DNA of 59,547 nt, filler included. It is 4 parts of 4 records of this genome, joined end to end, with 100 filler letters (N's around TTAATTAATTAA, not from the genome) between each part and the next. Parts side by side here need not be neighbours in the genome. Positions count along the whole stretch, not along the records: positions 26,394 to 37,875 come from SRR31156797_13541; positions 37,976 to 51,717 come from SRR31156797_13544; 2 more parts are not named here. One strand, written 5' to 3'. Position numbers and translations under genes: made by a program. The notes below the pieces were generated by a model. The model searched no databases. It had not been told where the DNA came from and worked only from the letters and a program-made list of their open reading frames with translations. Positions 31,566 through 41,681 of this stretch are shown here, one piece after another. Position 1 is the first letter of the stretch, and each line of letters starts with the position of its first letter.

Positions 31566-34500
31566 ATGAAAAATAAATTGAGTATCTTACTATTATTAAT
31601 ATTTAACTCTGTCATATTTTGTACAAATGATATTGCATTTAAACAAGTATTTGATACTGAGAGCTATAACAGTATGCTTACACATGATAAAGACGGATTT
31701 ATGTGGTTTGCAACTACTGATGGTGTTTTAAAATATAATGGATACGAAGTCACAAATTATAAGGCAGGAAAAAATACATTTTCTTCTAATATCGTCCCAA
31801 GTCTTTTCATTGATTCAGAAGGATTAATCTGGATTGCAACTATTAGCGGGCTAAGTGTATATGATAAAAGCAAAAATAATTTTAAACAATTTTTATCTGT
31901 CGAAAGCGATTCCAATACAATAATTTCAAATCATTTTAATTGGGCTCCATATCTAATAACAGAATCCCGTGATGGTTTAATTTGGGTTGCAACTCAAAAC
32001 GGCGTAAGTTCATTTAATAAATCAACTGGAAAGTTTAGGAGATATTTGTCGGGATTTAATGTTTGGACTATTTTTTCAGACAATAGTGGGAATATATTTG
32101 CAGGTACTAAAAATAACGGATTACAGATTTTTAATTTCAATAATAATAATTTTGAAAGATTTAAGAAAATAAATGCAGATTGGATCTTCGCTATTAACGA
32201 GGATTCTAATAATAATTTATGGATTGGTTCCAAGAATAACGGATTATACAAATTGAATAAATCAAGAGAAGACGTTACTAATTTTAAACATAATCCTCAG
32301 AACAGTAACTCTCTTCAGCTAAATGAAGTTTTTTCTATAGAAATAGATTCTCATGATAATCTATGGTTAGGTAGAACGTATCAAAATAACGTTGGACTAG
32401 AGAAATACGATACTAAAAATTGTAATTTTGAGTTATTTACTTCAGATGATAATAGCATTTCTTCTGTTTCTTCAAACTCAATCTTAAGCATTCATCAAAG
32501 TTCAAACAACATTCTTTGGATTCCAAATAATATTTCCACTATCGATATTCTTAATCCAAATGTTCCCTATTTTAATAATCTTGACTCATTAAAAACACCT
32601 TTTATTATTTATGAGGATTCAAGTAAAAATATTTGGGTAGGAACAGCAAAAAATGGCTTATTTCAAATTGAAAACGATAGCACGCTTCATAACTTTAGCC
32701 TTGATAATTTTTCTAATCACTCTATATTTTCTATTCTTGAAGAAAATAAAAATAAATTGTGGCTTGGAATAAGTAATGGCTCTTTACTTCTATACGATAC
32801 TAAAAAAATGACTATAGAAAAAATATTTAAAAATCCTTTTGGAAATATAATCCCTAGAAGTCTTATTAGAGATAAAAAAAACTCTAACTGCATCTGGTTT
32901 TCATCAGAAGGATATGGTATTTTTCAATTCAATATAGAAACCGCTGAATTTAAACAATTTATAAATAAACCGAAAGACAAAAATTCAATTAGCGGAAATA
33001 CTATCTCAAAACTTGTACAAGATAATATGAATAATATTTGGATTCTAACTTATGGAAATGGTCTTAGCGTTATTAATTCAATGACCTACAAAATCGAGCG
33101 ATACATTAATGATAAGAATAACCCTAACTCTATAAGCGGAAATCAAATAATGGATTTCTATATTGACTCAAATGGAAATCATTTTGTTGCCACTGATGAT
33201 GGTGGTTTAAATCACTTTAATCCTAAAACAAATACCTTTAGAAAACTAGGAGTAGACCAATTTAAGACTAATTCAATTAGAGCCATAAAAGAAGATAATA
33301 ATGGCTTTCTCTGGTTAGCTTCTGATATTGGTATATATAAATATGATTTTAAAAATGATCTCGTTCTACTTAATTATACTAAAAAAGACGGTCTTTTATC
33401 GGATAAATTCTCTATTCTTGGAACAGCATACTTAAAAAAATCTAATGGTACAATGTGGTTTGGTTCGGATGAAGGAATAAACATATTTGATCCCTTACAA
33501 CTAAAAATCAACCAATATAAGCCACCAGTTGTTCTCACTGCACTAACACAAAACGGAGAAGTTCTTGTTCCAGATAAAGCTCCCGAAGTCATCGAAAAAG
33601 TTACCCTAAAATGGCCTGAAAGCAGCTTTACATTTGAATACGCAGCTTTAAACTATACCCTACCTGAAAAATCAAAATATAAATATATTTTAGAGGGATA
33701 CGATACTGATTGGTACGATGCAGGTAACAGAAGGTTTGGTAGATACTCAAAACTCCCTGGCGGGGAGTATACTTTAAGGATTAAAGGAACAAATAATGAC
33801 GGAATTTGGAGTGATAAGGAAGCTGTATTAAAAGTAACAGTTATCCCTCCATTTTGGCAAACTTTACCCTTTAAAATTTTATCAGGTTTATTCTTTGTTT
33901 TAATTGTGCTTATAATTTCACATCTTAGAACAAAAAATGTTGCAGAAAGAAACAAAAAACTAGAAGAACTTGTAAAACAAAGAACAAAAGAGTTAGAGCA
34001 CAAAAGTGAAGAGTTAAGTAATAAAAATGTTAAATTAATCGATAGTATTGAATATGCCAAAAGAATTCAGCAAGTTACTCTTCCAACTAAGGCTGATTTT
34101 GAGAAATATTTTGATGAATTGTTACTGATTTACAAACCTAGAGATATTGTTTCGGGAGATTTTTACTGGTTAAATCAAAGTGGTGATGATATCTTTGTTG
34201 CTGTAGTTGATTGTACTGGTCATGGAGTGCCTGGTGCACTTCTTGCAACTATTGGAAATATGCTTTTAAATAAATATATTCTGGAAGACAAACTTAAAAA
34301 TTTGGATATTATTCTGGAAGAGATCGACAAAGCTATAAAAGATCTTTTATCAACAGAAAAAACCAGATCATTCGATGGAATGGATTTAAGTCTTTGTAAA
34401 ATAAATAAGAAGAAAAATACTCTAGATTTTGCTGGTGCCAGAAATTCCTTATTGTATGTAACAAACAAGGATAAATTAAAAAGAATAAACGGAACCAGAA

Positions 34501-34790
34501 GGTCATTAGGTGGAAGAAAACGTAAAATAAAGCGTAAATTTGAAGTAACTGAATTAAACCTAGAAAAGATTACAACTTTGTATATGTCTTCTGATGGATA
34601 TCCCGATCAGCTTAATGAAAATAATATCTCTATGAATTTCAAAACGTTATTTGATTTAATTAATGAGATTAAACCTTTTGACTTTGAATCACAAGAGAGG
34701 ATATTAGAACAAAAATTAATACAGTATAGAGGTCGGCAATCACAAACAGATGATATAACTCTAATGGGAATTAAAATCAATCATAATTAA
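31566..34790 (+). CDS. Membrane sensor: two-component-regulator beta-propeller repeats, Y_Y_Y domain, TM helix and SpoIIE/PP2C phosphatase
   Basis: Repeated D..G.IW.GT..G blades, YKYILEGYD...YSKLPGGEY, PPFWQT, PRDIVSGDFYW, VDCTGHGVPGA, SDG, QTDDIT. Confidence 0.92.
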   Translation: MKNKLSILLLLIFNSVIFCTNDIAFKQVFDTESYNSMLTHDKDGFMWFATTDGVLKYNGYEVTNYKAGKNTFSSNIVPSLFIDSEGLIWIATISGLSVYDKSKNNFKQFLSVESDSNTIISNHFNWAPYLITESRDGLIWVATQNGVSSFNKSTGKFRRYLSGFNVWTIFSDNSGNIFAGTKNNGLQIFNFNNNNFERFKKINADWIFAINEDSNNNLWIGSKNNGLYKLNKSREDVTNFKHNPQNSNSLQLNEVFSIEIDSHDNLWLGRTYQNNVGLEKYDTKNCNFELFTSDDNSISSVSSNSILSIHQSSNNILWIPNNISTIDILNPNVPYFNNLDSLKTPFIIYEDSSKNIWVGTAKNGLFQIENDSTLHNFSLDNFSNHSIFSILEENKNKLWLGISNGSLLLYDTKKMTIEKIFKNPFGNIIPRSLIRDKKNSNCIWFSSEGYGIFQFNIETAEFKQFINKPKDKNSISGNTISKLVQDNMNNIWILTYGNGLSVINSMTYKIERYINDKNNPNSISGNQIMDFYIDSNGNHFVATDDGGLNHFNPKTNTFRKLGVDQFKTNSIRAIKEDNNGFLWLASDIGIYKYDFKNDLVLLNYTKKDGLLSDKFSILGTAYLKKSNGTMWFGSDEGINIFDPLQLKINQYKPPVVLTALTQNGEVLVPDKAPEVIEKVTLKWPESSFTFEYAALNYTLPEKSKYKYILEGYDTDWYDAGNRRFGRYSKLPGGEYTLRIKGTNNDGIWSDKEAVLKVTVIPPFWQTLPFKILSGLFFVLIVLIISHLRTKNVAERNKKLEELVKQRTKELEHKSEELSNKNVKLIDSIEYAKRIQQVTLPTKADFEKYFDELLLIYKPRDIVSGDFYWLNQSGDDIFVAVVDCTGHGVPGALLATIGNMLLNKYILEDKLKNLDIILEEIDKAIKDLLSTEKTRSFDGMDLSLCKINKKKNTLDFAGARNSLLYVTNKDKLKRINGTRRSLGGRKRKIKRKFEVTELNLEKITTLYMSSDGYPDQLNENNISMNFKTLFDLINEIKPFDFESQERILEQKLIQYRGRQSQTDDITLMGIKINHN

Positions 34791-34796
34791 AATAGG

Positions 34797-34841
34797 AAAA
34801 AGTTTCTATCCACACTTAAGTGAATAGAAACTTTTTTTATT
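34797..34841. terminator. Bidirectional terminator between convergent genes
   Basis: AAAAAGTTTCTATCCAC-loop-GTGAATAGAAACTTTTTTT. Confidence 0.7.
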
Positions 34842-34861
34842 TGATAAACTTTTATATTTTA

Positions 34862-35680
34862 TTACGGTCTTGCTTCATATTCAATGATAAATCCATAAGA
34901 ACGACCTGGTAATCTGTCTTTTCCATATGTTCCTATAGCGTCCATATAATCTCCCCATGTTGGAACCGGTAAGTTTAATTCACCGAATCCCATGATTCTC
35001 TGACCACTACCACTATCATTTGGTTGTGTATTATTTCTTGGATCTTTATCAATTACACCATCATCAAGATTTTGAGCCCAGTTAGTGTAGTTCCACTCTT
35101 CTCCACTTAACCATTGCCAACCACCATCAGGTTCTGCTGCTCCTTCAGGTTGATATCCTCCCAAGAAAGGACCTATGCTGATCTCATAATGGTTTGATTT
35201 ATTTGGATCTCCATTATATGGAGGAAATGCCCAAAAGAACTTCTCATCCGATACCATATCAAAGATAAAAGCATTCTCCTCTGCACTAGTAACTGATGCT
35301 AAGTATCCTCCTGCATTTTCAGCTAAATATGCTGTCTGGAACCAGTTTAAATTCCCATTTTCCAAATAAATTGTTTCATAATAATGTGTTGACCCATCTT
35401 CAGCTACGAACTCTTCCATTGGCATTCTTTCATATTTCACATCAGCTGGTAAATCATCCCAAGTGAAAAAATCATAATCCGCATACAGATTAAACTCAAC
35501 TCCGTTAATAGTTACAGTTTTTACCACTTCTGTTGATTGCTGCATCATCATAGGTGGCTTTTTCTCTTCAACTACTGTTTCTTCATTAACTTCCTGACCT
35601 CCGGTACAACTCACTGCCCCCAATAATAATGCTGATGTAATAATTGGCATAATACTCTTCTTCATTTTCATCTCCATCAC
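34862..35680 (-). CDS. Lipoprotein with a C-type lectin-like domain
   Basis: Lipobox AVSC; GGYLASVTSAEENAFI, WQWLSGEEWNYTNWA, QPND, FIIEYE. Confidence 0.8.
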   Translation of the reverse strand: MMEMKMKKSIMPIITSALLLGAVSCTGGQEVNEETVVEEKKPPMMMQQSTEVVKTVTINGVEFNLYADYDFFTWDDLPADVKYERMPMEEFVAEDGSTHYYETIYLENGNLNWFQTAYLAENAGGYLASVTSAEENAFIFDMVSDEKFFWAFPPYNGDPNKSNHYEISIGPFLGGYQPEGAAEPDGGWQWLSGEEWNYTNWAQNLDDGVIDKDPRNNTQPNDSGSGQRIMGFGELNLPVPTWGDYMDAIGTYGKDRLPGRSYGFIIEYEARP

Positions 35681-36007
35681 ATACTCCTTCTTTTAGATTT
35701 GCTCTCACTACTAATCATGTAATTTTTTTAAACTAAAATAATAATTGAACAAGCTTATAGTATTTCCCTCCCAAAGAAAATAGCTATAAAATTATTAATT
35801 CACTATATTTAATCAAAGTAATACAAATTACACGTAAGTTTCAACTCATCTCTAACCTTTCCTAACAAATTATAATAAAATTGTATGAAAAAAATGTGAA
35901 ATACTTATGAAAATTTTGTGAATTCTATTTTAAAAAAAATTTTATTATCAAAAAGCTTAATTTTATTGGACGCAATTAAATTGTGTAAAACTTTTTATGA
36001 ATTTATG

Positions 36008-36036
36008 TTGACTTTTGCATTTTTTGAGGGTATAAT
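36008..36036 (+). promoter_or_regulatory. Sigma70-type promoter of tpx
   Basis: TTGACT-17 nt-TATAAT. Confidence 0.75.
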
Positions 36037-36103
36037 TCCATTGAAATCAAGTTTGTAATAATTACAAACTAAAACTAAAAAATAATATCAAGGGGGAATT
36101 AAA

Positions 36104-36610
36104 ATGATCGAAAGAACTGGAGAAATTACATTTGCAGGTGGGCCGTTAACATTATTAGGGGAAAAAATCAACGTTGGGGATAAAGCACCTGAATTTGCAG
36201 CATTAAAAAATGATTTATCGGAATTCAAATTATCAGATGTAAATGGAGTAAAACTAATCTCTGTTGTGCCATCAATTGATACCGGTGTGTGTGAACTGCA
36301 AACTATCAGATTTAATAAAGAAGCCGGGGAATTAGAAAATGTTAATGTTATCACTATCTCAGTTGATTTACCATTTGCACTAGGTAGATTCTGCGGAAAT
36401 AAAGGAATTGATAAGGCCGAAACTCTATCAGATCATAAAGATTTAGATTTCGGATATAAATACGGATTTGCAATCAAAGAACTAAGACTTCTTACAAGAG
36501 GGATTGTTGTTATTGATAAGGATAACGTTGTACAACATGTTGAATACGTACCTGAAGTAACTGATCATCCTGATTATGACAAGGCATTAGAAGTAGCTAA
36601 AGGACTTTAA
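36104..36610 (+). CDS. tpx: Thiol peroxidase
   Basis: SVVPSIDTGVC, ISVDLPFALGRFC, EYVPEVTDHPDYD. Confidence 0.96.
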   Translation: MIERTGEITFAGGPLTLLGEKINVGDKAPEFAALKNDLSEFKLSDVNGVKLISVVPSIDTGVCELQTIRFNKEAGELENVNVITISVDLPFALGRFCGNKGIDKAETLSDHKDLDFGYKYGFAIKELRLLTRGIVVIDKDNVVQHVEYVPEVTDHPDYDKALEVAKGL

Positions 36611-36630
36611 TCATTTTAGATAATGTTTTA

Positions 36631-36659
36631 CAAAAAAGTTCCTTTTGGGAACTTTTTTG
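36631..36659 (+). terminator. Intrinsic terminator after tpx
   Basis: CAAAAAAGTTCC-TTTTG-GGAACTTTTTTG. Confidence 0.75.
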
Positions 36660-36747
36660 TTTTCATGTTTATTTTTAAAGGAATCTTTTATTAAAATTCG
36701 TAATATAATAAGAGGGGGAGACTAAAAATAGCGGGGAGGTTATTTTA

Positions 36748-37800
36748 ATGGATCAAATCCTTATTATTGATGACGATATTTTAAATAGAAAATTCTTAGA
36801 AAAATGTTTTAGTGAATTTGGATTACACTCTATAACTGCTGCAAATGGTATGGAAGGTTTAGATATTCTGAGAAGAAATCATCATACTATTAAAACGATA
36901 ACACTAGACATAGAGATGCCTAAATTAAACGGATATCAATTTGCTGAAATAGTTAAGGGAAATGAAAAACTTCAAAGTATTCCAATAATATTTATTACTG
37001 GAAAAAGTGAAAAATATGATATTTTAAAAGCCCTTGATCTTTTTGCATATGACTATCTTGTTAAACCGATCGATCCACAATTTGTATATTACAAAGTAAG
37101 AAATGCTGTTAATTTCTATAATAATCACTTGACCCTAAAGGAGTTAAACGAAAGAATTTCCTTTGAAAATAAAGTTTTAGAAAACAGCTTATATATAAAA
37201 AACAGAAAACTAAAAGAAATCAATTCAACCATTTTAAATATGCTTGAAACTACAAATCATTATAATGATGAAGACACAGGTAATCATATTCAAAGAGTTG
37301 CAGAGTATTCTACTTTGATCGCTGCCAAGTATGGTCTAAGCAAAAGAAACGTTAATTCTATTCATGAATATGCTCCCTTACATGATATCGGAAAAGTCGG
37401 TGTTCCTGACTCAATATTGAAGAAACCAGGGAAACTAAGCAAAGAAGAGTTCGATGTTATGAAGTCACATGTTGATATTGGTGTAGAGCTAATTAAAAAC
37501 ATGGATCTGCCTGTAACAGCTCATAATATCATCAAATATCATCATGAATGGTGGAATGGTCAAGGATATGGAACTAAACTCAAAGAAAATGATATTCCCA
37601 TTGAAGCTAGAATTGTAGCCCTAGCAGATGTTTTTGATGCTCTTACAACAAAACGATGTTATAAAGATGCATACTCATATGAAAAATCTGCAGGTATTAT
37701 CAAAGAAGAGAGCGGAATTCACTTTGATCCTAAACTTGTTCAGGTATTCTTCGAGAACGAAAATGGAATTGTTGAAATAATGAATGAATTGAGAGATTAA
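36748..37800 (+). CDS. Response regulator with an HD-GYP phosphodiesterase domain (RpfG-like)
   Basis: REC (IIDDD, LDIEMP, KP), TGNHIQRV, LHDIGK, HHEWWNGQGYG, ADVFDAL. Confidence 0.93.
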   Translation: MDQILIIDDDILNRKFLEKCFSEFGLHSITAANGMEGLDILRRNHHTIKTITLDIEMPKLNGYQFAEIVKGNEKLQSIPIIFITGKSEKYDILKALDLFAYDYLVKPIDPQFVYYKVRNAVNFYNNHLTLKELNERISFENKVLENSLYIKNRKLKEINSTILNMLETTNHYNDEDTGNHIQRVAEYSTLIAAKYGLSKRNVNSIHEYAPLHDIGKVGVPDSILKKPGKLSKEEFDVMKSHVDIGVELIKNMDLPVTAHNIIKYHHEWWNGQGYGTKLKENDIPIEARIVALADVFDALTTKRCYKDAYSYEKSAGIIKEESGIHFDPKLVQVFFENENGIVEIMNELRD

Positions 37801-37875
37801 TTTTTATTAAAGTAAAAAATCAAGAAAGAAAATTATTTTTCTAAGCAAAGTCAGATTAGAAGATTTTTTAGTTCA

Positions 37876-37975
37876 NNNNNNNNNNNNNNNNNNNNNNNNN
37901 NNNNNNNNNNNNNNNNNNNTTAATTAATTAANNNNNNNNNNNNNNNNNNNNNNNNNNNNNNNNNNNNNNNNNNNN
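37876..37975. other. Artificial contig linker (Ns plus TTAATTAATTAA)
   Basis: 100-nt N spacer with an abrupt GC shift across it. Confidence 0.99.
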
Positions 37976-37976
37976 C

Positions 37977-40900
37977 TGCGCGCTCTCATCCATGGCCGTA
38001 CTGGACATTGCCCACAGTTGCGTTCCCGTGGGGAACGCCTTCGTCTGGCTGCACAGCCTGGCCGTACTGGCCGGCGGCGTTTTCTTTGCCATGGTGTGGT
38101 TCCCGGAGAAAGATATCTCCATGGAGAGCGCACTCACCGCTTCCGGGGCAATCGTTCTGATTGCCGCATTGGTTGCCATATTCTCCGCCGCCTATCCGGA
38201 GAGTATTCCGGTAATGGCTGAACAGGGACACTTCACCATGTTGGCCGACCTGCTGAACTTTCTGGGGGGAGGTCTGACCCTTCTGGCCGCTTTAAACTTC
38301 GCCCTTCGTTACGCCGGGGGAAGAGATGAGGAAGATCTGCTTTTTCTCATCCTGGCACTTTTTTTCGGCTTGCCGGGCGTCCTGTTTCAAATGTCCGGCA
38401 TCTGGGAAGCCGGATGGTGGTTCTGGCACGCCCTCAGACTCGCGGCCTACGGCATTGCTTTCTGGCTGGCCTTGCGCACATACCGAAACTCCGAGAATGA
38501 AATGTTGCAGGCCCAGTCGGAACTGAACGCCCTGTTTCATGCCGCAGTGGACGGCAAACGGCTGATCGACAGGAACTTCAACCAGGTGAGGACAAACGAC
38601 CTCTTTACCGCCATGCCCGGTGCAAATATGCCATCCGGAAAAGGGTTGAAGTGTTATGAAGTGTTCCCGGGGCCAATCTGCCACACGAGCAAATGTTCCA
38701 TGAAACTGTTGGAGACCGGCGCCCTCAACAAGATCGAGAAGGAAATAACGTTAACGGGAAAAGACGGCGAAAAACGCCACTATATGATGACCGCCATACC
38801 GCTTATGGGGGCAGACGGCGTCTTTCGCGGCATTGTGGAGAGTTTCTGGGACATCACCAAAAGGAAAACGGCGGAAAGATTCCTGGAGGAGCAGGACGCG
38901 CTCAAAACCGCCCGGGTGGGACTTTCAAACGTAATGCGGGGAGATCCCGATGCGCAAGCCCTATGCCGCAGAATCATCACCTTTCTGTGCGAATATCTAC
39001 AAGCAAACATCGGCCTCATCTACCTGGCCGAAAATGACGGGACGCTCAAACCGGAGGCCGGTTACGCGTACCATATGGACAAAAGAGACATTGCGGCAGT
39101 CCATCCCGGCGAAGGCCTTGTGGGGCAGGCCGCACTGGGCCGGGAGGATATGGCTGTTACGGATATTCCGGAAGACCATTTAAATCTCGTTTCAGGCCTG
39201 GGCCATGTGATACCGCGGAATATCTACCTGAAACCGGTGGTCCATGAGGGAAAAACCGTGGCGGTCATTGAAATGGGAACCCTTGAAACCTTCACCGATT
39301 CCCACCGCAAATTTTTGGCTCTGGTCAATGACGACATGGCTCTTGCCATTGACAGCGCCAAAAGCAGAGAAAAATTAGCCGTTTTGCTAGTAGAGTCCCA
39401 GCGGCTTTCCGAGACGCTCCAGTTGAAACAGGAAGCGTTGAAAGCCGCCAACGAAGAGCTGGAACAGCAGAGCGAGGAATTGCAATCGGCCAACGAGGAA
39501 TTGGAACAGCAAAGCGAGGAGTTGCGGGCCTCCAACGAAGAACTGGAAGAGAAATCGGAAGCCCTGGAACAGCAAAAGAAGGAAATGGAGAAGGCCAAAG
39601 GCGAAGTGGAAGGAAAGGCCCGGGAACTGGCGTTGGCCGGAAAATACAAGTCGGAATTCCTGGCCAACATGAGCCATGAACTGCGAACCCCCCTGAACAG
39701 CCTCCTCATACTGGCCAAACTGCTGAAGGACAACGAGGAAGGGAACCTCACACAGGAGCAGGTGGAAAGTGCCGGAATTATCCACGGCAGCGGCCAGGAC
39801 CTGCTCTTCCTAATCAACGAAATCCTGGATCTCTCCAAAGTCGAAGCCGGAATGATGGAAGTGCATCTGGAAGCGGTTTCCTTGGAAACCCTTGTGGAGA
39901 GTCTGCGCCGGCAGTTCCGAAGGGTCGCCATGGAAAAGGGACTGGCGTTCCACATTATCACGGCCCCTCATGTGCCACCATCCATCCGCACCGACAGACA
40001 ACGGCTCGAACAGATCCTGAGGAACCTTCTCTCCAATGCTTTCAAATTCACAAAGGAGGGCGCCGTAACCCTTGAAATCCTTCGACCGGATAAACAGACC
40101 CTTTTTGCAAACGATCACCTGACATGCGCCAATACCCTGGGATTCTCGGTACGAGATACCGGCCCCGGCATTCCCGGGGAAAAACGGGAGGCCATCTTCA
40201 AAGCCTTTCAGCAAGTGGATGGATCGGTCAGTCGCCGCTATGGGGGCACGGGACTGGGGCTGAGCATATCACGAGCACTGGCCCATCTCCTGAAGGCTGA
40301 AATTCAATTGGCCGGAAAAGTGGGGGAAGGGAGTATTTTCACCCTGTACCTACCCCTTGAACGGAGGCGGGACACGCCGGAAAAAGCCCTTTCCGCCCCA
40401 TCCGGAAAAGATGCCCCCAAACGCCGCGCCGTGCGCCCGGAAAAACCGGTACAATCCAAAAGCCCGGGGGGGCATTTCCTCCCCGACGACCGCCATGCCA
40501 TCAAGGAAGGGGACCGTTCGGTTCTGATCATTGAAGACGACGCCCGGTTCGCAAAGATTCTCATGGGCCATGCGCGGAAAAAAGGCTTCAAATGTTTGAT
40601 GGCCGGGGACGGCGCCGGCGGTCTGAGACTGGCGGCCGCTTATAAGCCCAGTGCCGTCATTCTGGACCTGGGTCTGCCGGATATTGACGGTACCACCGTT
40701 CTGGACGCTTTGAAATACGGCCTTGAGACGCGCCATATCCCGGTACATGTCATGTCCGGCCGGGAACGTACACCCGATATTATGCAAAAGGGCGCCATCG
40801 GATTTTTAACCAAACCCATTGAGGCATCGGATATTCAGAAGACCTTTGATCGGATCGGCAGTATTCTGGAAACCACGGTAAAACGCATCCTGGTGGTGGA

Positions 40901-41681
40901 GGACGACGAGAACAGCCGGAAGGCCGTTGAAACACTGGTGGCCACGGAAGGGGTTCAGATCACCGGCGTAAACAGTGGAGAGGATGCCCTGAAAATAATA
41001 TCCGTTCAGAACTTCGATTGCATCATTCTGGACCTGGGCCTGCCGGACATGAGCGGGTTCGACCTTCTTCGCACCCTTAATGAGGATCCCCGGCTATCGC
41101 TGCCGCCGGTCATTGTCTACACGGGCAAAGAACTCACGGACATGGAACTTCGCGAACTGAGCCAGTACACCAGCAAAGTCGTGGTCAAGGGCGCCAACTC
41201 GCCGGAACGTCTTCTGGACGAAGTATCCCTCTTTTTACACACGGTGGAATCGTCCCTGCCGGGGGAACAGCAACGCATATTGCGCATGCTGCACGATCCG
41301 GAGAAACTACTGCACGGCAAGAAAATCCTTCTGGCGGACGACGATCTCCGCAACAGTTTCGCTCTTTCCAAGGTTTTGAAAAATGCCGGGCTCACCGTGG
41401 TCATGGCGGAAAACGGGCAGGTCGCCTTGGAGGTCCTCGAAAAAGAGGATGTGGATATGGTCTTGATGGACATCATGATGCCGGTCATGGACGGCTATGA
41501 AGCCATGGAACGGATCCGTCGTCAGCCCCGCTTTAAGGATCTTCCCATGGTGGCCCTCACGGCCAAAGCCATGGTGGAGGATCGGACCAAATGCATTGGG
41601 GCCGGTGCCAACGACTACCTGGCCAAACCGGTTGACACGGCCAAACTATTGTCGCTCATGAGGGTATTGTTATACCGATGA
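37977..41681 (+). CDS. Hybrid sensor histidine kinase (multi-TM input, PAS, GAF, coiled coil, HisKA, HATPase, 3 REC), probably 5'-truncated
   Basis: FLANMSHELRTPLN, NLLSNAFKFT, DTGPGI, GGTGLGL and three receiver domains. The frame is open to the contig edge upstream of ATG 37992. Confidence 0.93.
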   Translation, partial: CALSSMAVLDIAHSCVPVGNAFVWLHSLAVLAGGVFFAMVWFPEKDISMESALTASGAIVLIAALVAIFSAAYPESIPVMAEQGHFTMLADLLNFLGGGLTLLAALNFALRYAGGRDEEDLLFLILALFFGLPGVLFQMSGIWEAGWWFWHALRLAAYGIAFWLALRTYRNSENEMLQAQSELNALFHAAVDGKRLIDRNFNQVRTNDLFTAMPGANMPSGKGLKCYEVFPGPICHTSKCSMKLLETGALNKIEKEITLTGKDGEKRHYMMTAIPLMGADGVFRGIVESFWDITKRKTAERFLEEQDALKTARVGLSNVMRGDPDAQALCRRIITFLCEYLQANIGLIYLAENDGTLKPEAGYAYHMDKRDIAAVHPGEGLVGQAALGREDMAVTDIPEDHLNLVSGLGHVIPRNIYLKPVVHEGKTVAVIEMGTLETFTDSHRKFLALVNDDMALAIDSAKSREKLAVLLVESQRLSETLQLKQEALKAANEELEQQSEELQSANEELEQQSEELRASNEELEEKSEALEQQKKEMEKAKGEVEGKARELALAGKYKSEFLANMSHELRTPLNSLLILAKLLKDNEEGNLTQEQVESAGIIHGSGQDLLFLINEILDLSKVEAGMMEVHLEAVSLETLVESLRRQFRRVAMEKGLAFHIITAPHVPPSIRTDRQRLEQILRNLLSNAFKFTKEGAVTLEILRPDKQTLFANDHLTCANTLGFSVRDTGPGIPGEKREAIFKAFQQVDGSVSRRYGGTGLGLSISRALAHLLKAEIQLAGKVGEGSIFTLYLPLERRRDTPEKALSAPSGKDAPKRRAVRPEKPVQSKSPGGHFLPDDRHAIKEGDRSVLIIEDDARFAKILMGHARKKGFKCLMAGDGAGGLRLAAAYKPSAVILDLGLPDIDGTTVLDALKYGLETRHIPVHVMSGRERTPDIMQKGAIGFLTKPIEASDIQKTFDRIGSILETTVKRILVVEDDENSRKAVETLVATEGVQITGVNSGEDALKIISVQNFDCIILDLGLPDMSGFDLLRTLNEDPRLSLPPVIVYTGKELTDMELRELSQYTSKVVVKGANSPERLLDEVSLFLHTVESSLPGEQQRILRMLHDPEKLLHGKKILLADDDLRNSFALSKVLKNAGLTVVMAENGQVALEVLEKEDVDMVLMDIMMPVMDGYEAMERIRRQPRFKDLPMVALTAKAMVEDRTKCIGAGANDYLAKPVDTAKLLSLMRVLLYR

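Noticed and set aside
37800-37992. Functional link between the HD-GYP regulator and the following hybrid kinase
   Set aside because: They lie on different contigs, separated by a linker and a large GC shift.
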